Under the pieces are notes generated by a model that searched no databases, had not been told where the DNA came from, and saw nothing but the letters and a program-made list of their open reading frames with translations. A DNA stretch of 64,000 bases from Callorhinchus milii. Its lineage: Eukaryota. How positions within the stretch are numbered: position 1 is the first letter of the stretch; the number at the start of each line of letters is the position of its first letter. The DNA lies in NCBI RefSeq assembly GCF_018977255.1, contig NW_024704891.1:1-64000 (forward strand), given 5' to 3'. The translations under genes and the position numbers were made by a program. Below, piece after piece: positions 24,601-37,400 of the stretch.

Positions 24601-26179
24601 CACACTGCCGCGGTGCTATGGCCGCTCCGTACAAAAACTTGAACAGGTTAATATGCTGTTATCCGCGAAGGGGCGACGTTGCAGTAACGCATAAATAAAA
24701 CAACATTTATATCTGCTTAAATATAGGGAAAACCTGTCAAGCCGTTTCGAAACACATGGGGAAATATTGCTTGAATTTAAATTCATTATTTTTATAAAGC
24801 CACCAACGCTTAAAACGTGATTATTGAAGTAAATTAGTGGAATATGTCGAGATCCATTAGTGTGTTAGTTAGATATTCACTTCGCAAGCGAGAAGACCGT
24901 GGTCCGATTCTTGGTCGGAAGTAAACGTTGCGTACGTTTCTTTGCTCCACACACATGCCTATTTATACCTAGCAGAAGGTGGAACACGGTTGTTAGTCGA
25001 TTGGCTGATCGCCTTTCCTCGAGTAATAATCCATTGAAACATAATACAAACAACAATGTTTGTGTGCAACAGACTACCACGTTATGCTCCCCAAAACTAC
25101 AGTCACTACACTGTGCAACATGGCCTGCGAAGCGCTTAGTGTCGTCCCATTGGCATGATAAGACTTTGTATCAAATGAAAATATTAAGATTGGGATAAAG
25201 ATTATTACTTTGGGACCAGCTTAAACTATGTATTGCTGTTTCTGACTACTGGATGCGTTGGTGCGCTATTATTTTGACCAGACATCACTGGCTGAATAGC
25301 AGGTGGAAATGGTTCAATAAGCCATATTCCAGGACTCTATTCGAATGGTTTTCAGGAAGTTGCCATCCTCGGCCCGTTCCTTGGTTCATACTTCCCATTC
25401 TGAACAAAAGATGTTCTCGAAAGCTACAGTATTTGAATCAAAGTTCATTACAAATTGTAGGTGATCAGTCCACACCATGTAATGGTGCATCAGGATTCTC
25501 TGACTCTTCTGGTTTCACAGTTCCTGGGGAAGCTCTTTCTTATAACATAACAATTCTACATTTGTTCACTGCAAAATCTTGAGGACATATCTATCTCAGG
25601 ACACCTGGATCCAATATCTCCGTTTATAGAGCCCACACCTCGCAAGCAGGAGATGTCGTTTCCATTCTCGTCAGCGGGAAATTTTGGGCAGGTTTCCTTG
25701 CTCCACACATCCCTGTTTAGCACTCAGATTAGGACGAACATGTTCAGTAGTCGGTTGGCGGATCGCTTTTACAATTCTTTGAAAAAAATAATAATAAATT
25801 GGTTATTCAATCCACGATTCTTTGTGTGATACAATCGTTCCCAATTGGCTTCGCTCTAGAAATACACAGTCAATCCATTTTACAGTATATTCTGTGAAAC
25901 AATTCGAGAAGTATCATTTCCGTCATTGTAAATCGGTCTCAAAACTGTATCTTTCATACACGACTCTGCTTTGCCACAGCGAGACGACGGAAATCTGTAC
26001 ATAAACGGTAGGAGGAGTCGCAATACACCTCCAGCGATGAACGGAGACAAGATAATAACGCGGAACTAAGGGACAACTCCTCCAAACGACAAACGTTTAT
26101 CAACCAGACGCTACGTTTAGATAATTTATCTTTGCATTTCAACAGAAAATATGGATGTGAATGGACACGGCTGTTGAGA

Positions 26180-26639
26180 ATGAAGCAGAATTACAATGCA
26201 AAGTATATTACTTTGAATCTAATAGTATTTCTACCGTGTAAGTAGATTATGGTTGTTTTCAAGCTAGTGCTTTTTTTTCCTGCTAAATGTTAACAAATTG
26301 TCGTGGCAGATATTTTCCGAATTCCTTTTCAATAATGTCCATTTCTTCTTACTTTCCAGGCGTCTTGGCCGCAACCGATGTCGCACAGACACCAAAGGCC
26401 GTGACAGTGAATGAAAATGGAAATGTTTCTATGGAGTGCAGTAGCACTGTAACCAGCCCCGCCTTTCAGTGGTACAAACAATATGGCAGCGGCTCCATTG
26501 GGTTCTTGCTTTTGGGAAAAACCGACGTAAATATGACGGACAGGATAAGAGCTTTGGCTGAGCGAAAACAGAAAAACTGTACCGTAACAATCGAAAACCT
26601 GCGAGTGTCAGACACCGCCACTTACTTCTGTGCGGAGGA
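26180..26639 (+). CDS. TRAV: TCR V segment V9 (MKQN family)
   Basis: Leader 26180-26237; V exon 26360-26639; RSS CACAGTG 26640-26646, 23 bp, ACAAAAACA 26670-26678. Confidence 0.9.
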
Positions 26640-28336
26640 CACAGTGCTGCGTGTCTGAGAGGCACCTGTACAAAAACATGTTGGGATTACTGCAGCTCAA
26701 TGGATAGCGCACTCGCCTCGCAAGCGAGAGAGCCTGGGTTCGGTTTCCGTCAGGGTAAAAGGTTGTACTAGTTTTCTTACTCTTCATCCGTCTGCCCACA
26801 TAGCAATCTGTAGGAACCTGGATGTTAGTTGATTGGCAAATCGAGTTTCAGGGGGTAAGAATTATTCAAAAATAAAATAAAATTTCTCTTTATTCCACAA
26901 CAGTTTGTGGGACACTGCTCTGTGCATTCGGCTGCCGCATTTATCCCATAACAGACACAGTCAATTCCCTTCACAGTACAACCTACGAAATGCTGCATAA
27001 TATCTCGAGGACGTGATCAAGCACTCTATCAAATGCACGGTTTATTATATCTGTATTGTCTTTACTGAGCCGGAAATAGGAACCAGGTTGACAGAAGTTT
27101 GGATGTCTATTTTAATCGATCAAAAATGTGAAACACTCGATCAAAGACCGTTTGCGAGACGCTGCTGTGTGCACTTAGCTGCTAGTTGCTGTCCACAAAT
27201 TACACGGGCGATAAACTTCTGAAGACCTTATGGACTCCTCGGTAATTGATAAGGCTTGATATGAAACGCAAAGGCAATTATTATAATACACAGGTTGGTT
27301 TGGTTATTCAAAAGAATGGTGATGGGTGTCCCCACATGTGGCACACACCGGTTAAGAAAAATAAGTGTGAATATATGAAGAATTATACAGCGAAATAAAT
27401 CGTACAACGCAGTAACTTGTAGAACTGAATTATGCTAAGAATCTTGTGATTTGTTCCCAAACTACTGTAACCCAAAAGCCTTGAGCGGAGAGTGGCAAGA
27501 AGGAAACTCTCAACTAATTGGGCCAGAGAAAGCTGAGAAACTGCTGACGTAACATGGCTCCTAGCCTTTCACTTTGAACCTTCTCAATGCCTCGTTTCAC
27601 TTGGTTACCAAATTGACACATGGCCCCAGGGATGTGAAGCCAACACACATTAGGCCATTGTCCAGCCGTCTGCACATACTCAGGAACTTCCACTGAATAC
27701 CTCGTCCTGCCTTCTTTTGACTGTCTATATCAAAATAATGCTTGACATTAGACAGAGTGAATTGTCTCGCCTCTGAGATGTCTCAGTGCGCTTCGCAGAA
27801 TATACTGAAAAGTACCGTATAGGCGAAACGGGATTCTTATACCCAGAAAGTAAATCAGCAATCGACTATCTAATAGATTCCTACTTTCTGCAAGGTAAAC
27901 GGAGGTCTGTGTGGAGTAAGGAAGCTTGGCCTGCAGTTGACCATGTCGGGAATCGAACCGACATCTCTCGCTTGTGTGGCGAAAGCTTTAAGCAGTGAAC
28001 TGCAGGACGCCACAGATGGCACACATATCTGGAGCTGATGTATGAGCTTTTGATTAACATAAATATGGGTGTAACTTGCTGCAGCTTTCAGTCACCGATT
28101 GAACAAAGACATGTCGGTGATGGAAGAGAACCAATGGAGGAGCGAGACGGTAGAGCAGAAAACATGACGCATAGTGATAGAGACACAAAGTTTGTACATA
28201 ACCCTCAGACATCCTCCCTCACAGTATATGGCAACTTATGTAGGTCATTTGTACTTCAGCTGTCCTCAGGGTATTCAGTCAAATTCTCCAACTTCACCAC
28301 CAATGCGCACTCAACGCCCCGCGCCATTATAAAAGC

Positions 28337-29510
28337 ATGACAATGTATATCTATGTGGTGACAGCCATCATTACCTTGTCAGGTAAGCAATAAACTCACT
28401 GTATATATTTCTGCACCTTTTATTCATTGAGTTGATCCAGGACTTACCGATTCGTCGTGTCCGGCAGCTCAATGGCGATGGAACTCGTCTCGCAAGAGAT
28501 AGGAACTTGTTTTGAATCCAGGGCAGCGTGCAATTTTGGATCAGTTTCCTTGCTTAAGTTTTGTGGAGTCCTGTAGCTCAGTGGTTAGAGCACTCGTTTG
28601 CAAGCGAGTGACCTGTGTTCAATTCCAGGCAGAGGGCGAAACCTTGGGCAAGTTTCCTTACTGCACACAGAGCCTAATAATAATCCCTCCAGAAACCAAA
28701 AACAATAATAAAGTTTGGTCATTTTCAATCTACGACTGCTTTAGGGACGTTACTGTGCGCAATAGGCTGCCGCGTTCTCCCGCAAATATACAGTTAATTC
28801 ACTTTACAGTGTGTTCTGTGAAGCGCTTTAGGACGTCCTCACGACGTGAAAAGCGCTATATCAAATGCAAGGATTATTATTATTATTACTATTGCACCAC
28901 ACAATATATTTACGTAGCAATAAGTAGGAATCCGGTTGTTAGTCGATGGCGAGTTGTTTCACCGGAATAACAATCCCATCAAATGTCATCACAATCAAAT
29001 CGCACAATTCAGTACAATTCAACACAATTTGAATAGGAGTCATTAATACGTGCAATTGGCTGCCGCGTATCACCCCGAAAATACAGTTATCATGCACTCT
29101 ACGAAGCGCTTGGAGACGTCTCAACGTCGTGATGAAACGTTTTTATCAAACATAAGCTTAATATTATTATTGTATTGAACACTGCTTTTTGCCTGTTTCC
29201 CAGGACATTGTGGAGACGACGCTGTGACACAGCTCCAATCTACAGCGACAGTGAATGAAGGGAAAGCTGTTTATCTGCAGTGTAATTATACGACCACAAG
29301 CACCAATTCCGATCTGTTCTGGTACCGCCACTATCCCAGCAAAGCTGCAGAATATATCCTTTGGGCATCCACCAACAGCAAACCGCAATATGCAGACATT
29401 GCAAATGAACGTTTCTCAACGAATGTGTCTAAAGCGGAGAGAACAGTCCCATTAAAAATAATCCAAGTGAGAGTTTCAGACTCCGCGGGGTATTACTGTG
29501 CACTGAGCCC
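28337..29510 (+). CDS. TRAV: TCR V segment V10 (GHCGG family)
   Basis: Leader 28337-28382; V exon 29204-29510; RSS CACTGAG 29511-29517, 23 bp, ACAAAAACT 29541-29549. Confidence 0.9.
28563..28892 (+). mobile_element. tRNA-derived SINE, young full-length copy nested in an older SINE
   Basis: A box TAGCTCAGTGG, B box GTTCAATTCC, L2-like tail, (ATT)n end. Confidence 0.85.
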
Positions 29511-29891
29511 CACTGAGGCACAGATCAGCGATTCCGCTCTACAAAAACTGCCACGTGGACTTCTGTAGCTCAGCGATTGAAGCACTCGCCTCGCAATTGG
29601 AAGTAACTGGGTTCGTTTCCGGCAGTAAAACTAGGAAACATATTGTTAGTCGATTGGCGGATCGCTTTTCCAGCGGTACTAATTCAAGATAATAATATTA
29701 ATAATAAATTGGTCTCTCAATCCAATGGGACGCGGATATTTCGCTCACAAAGCATGCGGTGAATTCCTTTACAGTACATTATTTGAAGCTCTTTGAGGCG
29801 TCACGAAGTTGCGATTTGGCACTGTATCAAATTCATGGATTATTATTATTCAACTTCTTAATTAAGATCATCATGTTATTATCACGGAATT

Positions 29892-30229
29892 GTGGAGTCC
29901 TGCAGCTCAGTGGTTAGAGCACCGCTTTGCAAGTGAGAGAACTGAGTTCAATTCCAGGCAGAGGGCGAAACCTTGGGCAAGTTTCCTTACTCCACACAGA
30001 GCCTAATAATATTCCCTCCAGAAAACCAAAATCAATAATTTAATTGGTCATTTTCAATCTACGACTGTTTGTGGGACACTGCTGTGCGCAATTGGCTGCC
30101 GCGTTCGCCCACAAATATACAGTCAATCACTTTACAGTGTGTTCTGTGAAGCGCTTTGGGACGTCCTCCCAACGTGAAAAGCGCTATATCAAATGCAAGG
30201 ATTATTATTATTATTATTATTATTATTAT
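29892..30229 (+). mobile_element. tRNA-derived SINE, young full-length copy
   Basis: Same head, body, stem-loop tail and (ATT)n end. Confidence 0.88.
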
Positions 30230-30421
30230 CTTCGAATGCCTTGCTTTATAGGCAGGACTGCCCGTGCAATTCTTCATCTGTGTTTTTTAATAAGTAGAAA
30301 AACTTTTTAAAAAATCTAATTGCATTACTTAGCGCCAATTCAAAACGCGATAATTAAGGCGGGACAGGAACAACTTCCTATCAAGTCTCTCCAATTGCAC
30401 ACTTGCTGTGGCCAAAATGCA

Positions 30422-30523
30422 CCAGCAGATGGCACACTAAACACACATATAACATGAGCTACAATTTGTATAACTTGTCATTTTCATTTCTGTCACTAAC
30501 ATTCTTGGCAGCGATAACAGATG
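30422..30523 (+). promoter_or_regulatory. CTCF-like core + E-box module copy 5
   Basis: CCAGCAGATGGCAC 30422-30435; CAGATG 30518-30523. Confidence 0.55.
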
Positions 30524-31090
30524 CTTCATCTCGGGATTGTCGACAATACAGCCCTCACACACTTCTGAGTTTGAATTTAAATACAGACTGTCAGCTTCAA
30601 GTGCAAACTTCTATCCTGAACAAACAACATTTTGGCACATAAGTGAAAATATTAAGAACGGAGGCAGGATATCAACTCAGATTTGATGTTAGAAAGTAAT
30701 TCCTTAATCTTTCCGGTTTGGCTGCACGATTCAACGATTCATCGACCAAATGACTGCATTCACAAAAATTATAATAATCATTTCATTTGATATAGCGCCT
30801 GATAACTTCTCCGAGACGTCTCAAGGAGATTCACAGATTATAATACAAAGTAAATTGCTGAGCGGTGTAACGCGAGTCTATGTTTCCATCGTCGCCCAGA
30901 CCGATTGACTCCCAATCCGCGGCAGATCAACTTCAAGATCCTCTGGTCCGTGGTAAACGCCTACAATTGGAGGTAATAAACCACTGAACACGTCAGATCA
31001 GCCGCTGCCTCACAACTTATCAATGAAGCAGCAACACAGCGATATACAAAGGAAGACATTCCATTATCTGTCCACACCTCAGCAGCCAAC

Positions 31091-31903
31091 ATGACAGCTC
31101 TCTGCCAGTTACTGATAGCCATCCTCACCATAGCCAGTAAGTCTGTGTGGACATGCCCAGCGCATAACCTTCACATTGTATAATATCAGATGCTTCGTGT
31201 TTAGAGCACTCACCTTTCAATAGAGAGAACCTGTGTTCGATTACGGGCAACTCAAAACTTTCAGCAAATTTGCTCTGCCCTCAAGTCTCTGTTTACCGGC
31301 ATAAGTTGGAACTCGGTTTTTAGGCGATTGGCGGATCGCTTTCCGAGGGCGATAATCCATTAAAGAACAAATCAATAAAAAATAATTTGGTCAATCAATC
31401 AACTATGGTGCTTGTTGACATTGATATATTTAATTGGCTGCTTCTATTCGTCCACCAAATATAGTCAATTCACTTTACAATGTATTCCGCGAGCCTTTGA
31501 GACGCTTAATCTTTGTGACAAAATGCTAAATGAGGTGGGAAGAAATATTATTCTAAATGGAAATGATCGTTTACCGTGGTTCAAAAAAATGCATTGTTGT
31601 TGTTGCTGTTGCAGGAATTGGCGGGCAAGTTGTAGTAACCCAATATCCTCCCGAGATAACGGAATTTGAAGGTCAAAATGTGACTCTGAACTGCAGTTAT
31701 TCCACAAAGGTGACGGCCTTCTGGTACATGCAAAATCCGGATGGAGCTCTTCAGTACTTGTTCAGGATATATGCCTCTGGAAAGGCAGAAAATCCTCCTG
31801 ACCGTTTCGTTGCCGAGCTGATCGAGGAGAATAAAGTAATTAAGCTGCAGATACACTGGGCTGTTGTGGGTGACAGCGCTGTATATTACTGTGCCCTGGA
31901 GCC
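31091..31903 (+). CDS. TRAV: TCR V segment V11 (MTAL family)
   Basis: Leader 31091-31136; V exon 31615-31903; RSS CACACTG 31904-31910, 23 bp, ACAAAAACT 31934-31942. Confidence 0.92.
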
Positions 31904-32460
31904 CACACTGTTACAGGAGGGCAGCTTCCCCGTACAAAAACTCAGCAAACACTCATGAACTTAGGCAAGTTTCAATGATCTACATACTCACCAATGTTTA
32001 CCGAGGGGTAAATAGGAGATGATAGTCGATTGCTGGTTCCCATTATTTCTGGGTAGTATTCCCTTCACAAAGAAAAAAATTGAATTCGGTCAATTTGCGA
32101 ATATTTTTGCGTCACTGCTGTGCAGAAATGGCTGCCGCGTTTCGCAAGTAAAACATAATGTATTTTGCGTGTCACGTATGTTCAGCAAAATGCTTTGAGA
32201 CTTCTCCAACATGTGATAAGGCGTTGGAAATTAATCCACGTTTTAGCGATTTAATTTCCAAGAGATATCAGAAGGCACAGTCTGACGTTTCTAAACTTGC
32301 CTATTCCAAAAATTCAATTAACATATTCTCTTCACTCTGTAATCTGAAAATCATTTTGAGATGTCTTCAAACCGTAATACGGCACTATGTTAAAGGTGAG
32401 GATCATGATTTTTATTAATGCTCTCCGAATCTCAGTGAACAGAATTGGTAATGTTAGAGA

Positions 32461-32506
32461 GAAAGATCGAGAGTGAGAAAGAGAGGGACACAGAAAGACA
32501 CACAGA

Positions 32507-32537
<31 letters not shown>

Positions 32538-32560
32538 TGGGAGAGAGAGAGAGAAAGAGA
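32461..32560. repeat. (GA)n-rich microsatellite
   Basis: GA run seen directly. Confidence 0.85.
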
Positions 32561-33587
32561 ACGCATTCCTCTCCAATATATGGAAAAATTCCAGGTGTAG
32601 CGTGGACGCATGGAAATTAATTATGAAAAATGATAAAAATCAGATTGTTTCACAAGATATTGTCACTCTAACCACCTCAATTTGTGTGACACTGATGTGC
32701 GCAATTCGTTACTGTGTTTCGCTCGTATAAGACGCTGTCACTACGCTTGACAGAATAACCTGTGTAGCGAATTTAGAAGTCTCGAAGGCGTGATAAGGCG
32801 CTATACCAAAAACATGGATCATTATTCTATCTCTGTTTCATTGGGATATCCACAATGAGGCTGATGGGTATCCACATATTTCATACACCAGCTTAACAAC
32901 AATAAATGTTAATATATTAAACGTCATTCAGCTAAATAAACAGCAAAGAAAAATAACTTGTAGTAATGAGTTTTGCCCGAAATAATTGTGTCTTGTACCC
33001 AAACTTCGGAAACCCAGATGCATAGAGCGGAAACGGGCAGGAGGGAAACTTTCAACTAATTGGGGCAGAGACATCTGAGAAATTGCTGACATCATGTGAT
33101 GTCGCTTTGAACCCCATTCGCTTTGGACACTCGCAATGACTCGTTTCAACTTATTATCAAATTCACAACTGTCCCCGTGGACTTGATGCCAACACATAGT
33201 CTGGCCTTCTGCACACACTCAGGGTCTTCCACAGAGTCCTCGTCCTGCCTTTTTGTGACTATCATAACAATATTTGACGTTTTATACAGCGTCTTAAATC
33301 ATCTCTGAGGCATGTAAAAGCGCTTCACATGATAAACAGTAACGTGTAGTTACTGCGTATTGTATGGTCGAAACTATAGAATCAATTGGACAAAACAGAG
33401 ATAATCAAACAGTCTCGGGCCGAGTCCCAATTTCTTGGAGGGAAAACTACACCTTGAAAGCGATTCGTCAATTAACTATCGGATTTCTCCTTCGTGTTCT
33501 GTAAACAGACGCGTGTGGAGTGAGGAAAGTTGATTAAGGTTTCAAAGGACACTTGCATTTGTTCATCAAAGCGCTGAAAGATTCGTT

Positions 33588-34008
33588 ATGAAGTGCGATT
33601 ACACTTTAGTATTCCTGCTCCTGAAAGCTGCTGTGACCCTCTGGGGTGAGTGTGCTTTACAGAAATTTTTTGTAATTCTACTAAAATTAATGGGTGAGTT
33701 TCGCAAACAAATTGTTTTGTATTTACCAGGAGTCGGTGGTCAGGATACAGTCTCCCAGTCGCCACTAACTGTGACAGTTGCGGAGAAGGAACAAGTAATT
33801 ATCAGCTGTTCCACAACAGAATCACAGGCGTCACAATGGTATAGACAGAATCCGAACCAGGCCCTCAAACACTTGGTAACAGGACAGACAGGAGAGCAGC
33901 AGAAGAAGAGGATCAGAGCTACAATGAACTATAGAGAGAAGGGCAGTAATCTGAGCATCACACGCACAGAAGTGACAGACGCCGCCACCTACTTGTGTGC
34001 AGTGGAGA
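33588..34008 (+). CDS. TRAV: TCR V segment V12 (MKC family)
   Basis: Leader 33588-33645; V exon 33730-34008; RSS CACAGTT 34009-34015, 23 bp, ACACAAACC 34039-34047. Confidence 0.9.
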
Positions 34009-34480
34009 CACAGTTAGACAATCACATGGAGAGACCGTACACAAACCTCCAGTGATCAGCCGGCAATTCCCCTCTTGTTCATCACAGTAACTGCTCAGCA
34101 CTCACTGCCTCTTAGTTTCTGCCTCTTAATTCGGGGTAATTTTGCCGCCACACTGCGCCCAACAAACATCGAAACAATTCATATTACGTGATATCGTGTG
34201 AGGCGATTTGAGATGTCTCGATGACGTGATCAGGTTATATATTAAACGCAATGATTATCATAATGATTATTATATCCTTTGAAGCTCATCGACACATCTC
34301 GAATGCATCATTATGTGCTATATCGAAGGCAAGGATGATTATTATAAAACAGCAATGTTTACATATTGCAGCTTCTGGAGATACCAGTATGTTATTCCCG
34401 CAACGAGACAGATGGCATACCAATCCTGGATATTAATAATAAAAGAAAATATTAAGTACTTAAATCAGATTCAGAGTCTT

Positions 34481-37400
34481 GTTTCTCTCCTCTCCTGTCG
34501 GGGAGCGGCGGCAGGAGAGCGCGGGGAGGAGCCTGGGCCTACTGACCCAGGTACTTAAACTCGACGCCGGAGCGAGTGCAGCCAGTCGGGGAGCGGCAGC
34601 AGGACAGCGCGGGGAGGAGCCTGGGCCTACTGACCCAGGTACTTAAACTCGACGCCGGAGCGAGTGCAGCCAGTCGGGGAGCGGCAGCAGGACAGCGCGG
34701 GGAGGAGCCTGGGCCTACAGCGAGGGGAGGGGTGGGGGCGGAGCGGGGAACTGCGACGTCATAGATTAGTTTTCAGGTGAGTGCGCGCGCACAAAAAAAA
34801 AAAAAAAAAAAAAAAACCTCCGCGCCCCCCCCCCAGGGCTCACATCAGAGCCCACTATGGTCCTGTTGGGTTCGATGCCCCAATCTACGGGATAATGCCA
34901 TCCACCTGACCGCCCTCTCCCGGTCCCCGCGTGCGCACTATGGCTGCCGCTTTGACCCGAGCCCCCTCACCCCCTCCCTCCCTCCCGCCTCCTCTCTCCC
35001 CCCAAACCCTCCCCCCTCTCCATCTCTCCCGCTCTCTCCTCCTCTCTCTCCGTCCCTCTCGTCTTCTATCCCCACTTGACCCTCCCACAACCTCCCTCTG
35101 TTCCAGTCTGGGAATCCTCCGCCGCGCTCACCGCGGCACTCGGCGTTGGCTGTCCAGCAGCAGCCACACCGACTGCCCCATTCCCCACCACTCTCGCCAC
35201 CCACCCCGGTCACAGACCCGGGGAGTCAACCTCTCCTCCCTCATCCCATTCCCCCCACCCCTGCCTCACAACCTGGACCCCCTTCCCTCCCACACACCCT
35301 ACTGTCAACCGCTCCCTCCACATCGGACTGCAAAATGTCCGCTCCCTCTGCAACAAGGCCCTGGTCATCAACGATCTCATCCTTGAGAGGCCACGCCACC
35401 CGGCTACACCTCCCACCACATCCCCCGCCCCAACCAACGTGGCGGTGGTGTTGCCCTTATCTCAAGGACACCACTTGCCCTATCCCCCTACTCCTCTGGC
35501 TCTTTCCCCTCCTTCGAGCACCTCACCCTCTCCCACCCCTCATTCCTCTCCCTTAAAATCCTCCTCCTCTACCGGCCCCCTAAAACCTCTCCCACCTTCA
35601 TCTCTGACATTTCAACACTCCTCACATCTCTTTGCCTCTGCTACGATCGCCTCATCATCCTGGGCGACTTTAACCTACACTTCACCCCCTCCTGCTCCAT
35701 CTCCACAGACTTCTCTTCCCTGCTCTCCTCACTCAACCTTTCCCTACACATAAACTCCCCCACTCACAGTCACGGCCACCCACTCGATTTGGTGATCACC
35801 CGGGGCCTCAGTGTCTCGGATGTCACTATTACCGACAAGGCCATCTCCGACCACTACTTCATCTCCTTCACCACCTCCACCCCCCTCCCCACCTCCACCA
35901 GACCCACCACCATCTTCTACCGCCCTTGGAAGAAGTTACCCCCACAATCCCTAACCGATGCCTTGGAGTCCTCTGAACTCCTCTCCCTCTGGCCTTCAAC
36001 CCTCACCGACCCCTCTTCTCCTCTCTCCCTCCTCCACAATATCCTCTCCTCCACACTCGATACTCTTGCCCCCATCACTTCCCGCACTGTCTCCTACTCC
36101 CGCTCCTCCCCCTGGTACACCACCCACCTCCGCTCACTGAAATGCCAGGTGCGGGCTGCTGAGCGCACCTTTGTCAAATCTGGCCTAACGGTCCACCGAC
36201 AAATCTGGCTGGACCTCCTCAAAATTTACCGCTCCACTCTAGCCTCGGCCAAGTCGTCCTTCTACTCCAGGATAATCCTGGAGGCGAAGAACAACCCCAG
36301 GCTACTGTTTTCCACCACATCCCGACTCCTCCGTCCCCCCCGCCACCCCGCGCAGGTCATCTCCTCCAACCTTCACTGCGAGGAGATGCTGGATTTCCTT
36401 GAATCCAAGATCAAGGGAATCCGCTCCGCGGTCACTTCCCCTCCAACTTCCACCCACCACCCACCCCTTCCCTCCCACACTCCGACTCCTACCCATCCTC
36501 CCCTACACACCTTCGTACCCGTTTCCCCACCCTCTGTCACTGAACTCATCCTATCCCTAAAACCAACCACCTGCTCCCTTGACCCCATCCCCACTCCACT
36601 CCTTATCTCCCAGCTCCATTTTCTTGCCCCACACATCACTGACATCATAAACCTGTCCCTCTCCTCTGGCTCTGTCCCCATTCCATTAAAAACTGCCATC
36701 ATCACGCCCACCCTGAAAAAACCCTCCCTTGATGCGTCGCAGCTATCAAGCTACCGGCCCATCTCCAACCTCCCCTTTCTCTCCAAGGTCTTGGAAAGAG
36801 TTGTCGCCTCCCAACTGCGCTCTTTCCTCTCCACCCATTCTCTTTTCGAACCCCTTCAGTCAGGTTTCCGTGCTGCTCATAGCACAGAAACTGCCCTGGT
36901 CAAGGTCACCAATGATATCCTGACCATCTGTGACCAGGGCTCCCTCTGTCTCCTCGTCCTCCTCGACCTATCGGCAGCATTCGATACGGTCGACCACGCT
37001 ATCCTACTCCACCGCTTGTCCTCCCACCTCAACCTTCAAGGCACTGTCCTTGAATGGTTTAGCTCTTACCTTTCCCACCGTCTTCACTTCGTCTCAACGA
37101 ATGGCTTCTCCTCCACCCCCCGTACTGTCTCATGTGGTGTCCCTCAGGGCTCTGTCCTCGGTCCCCTCCTCTTCACCCTCTATATGCTCCCCCTTGGTGA
37201 CATCATCCGCAAACATGGGGTTAACTTCCACATGTATGCGGATGACACCCAACTCTACCTTTCCTCCTCTACTCTCAACTCCACGACCACCGATGTCCTG
37301 ACAGCCTGCCTGTCCGACATCGAGTCCTGGACGAGAGACAACTTTCTTCAGCTCAACGTGCGAAAAACCGAGGCCCTCCTGATTGGCTCACGTCAGCGCC

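Noticed and set aside
29892-29965. tRNA-Ala gene calls at the many GGAGTCCTGTAGCTCAGTGG heads
   Set aside because: Each runs on into a SINE body and LINE-like tail and lacks a proper acceptor stem and T-run terminator.
34793-34816. A24 tract as the poly(A) tail of a separate retrocopy
   Set aside because: No upstream ORF or target-site duplication is evident; it sits within the apparent L2 5' region.
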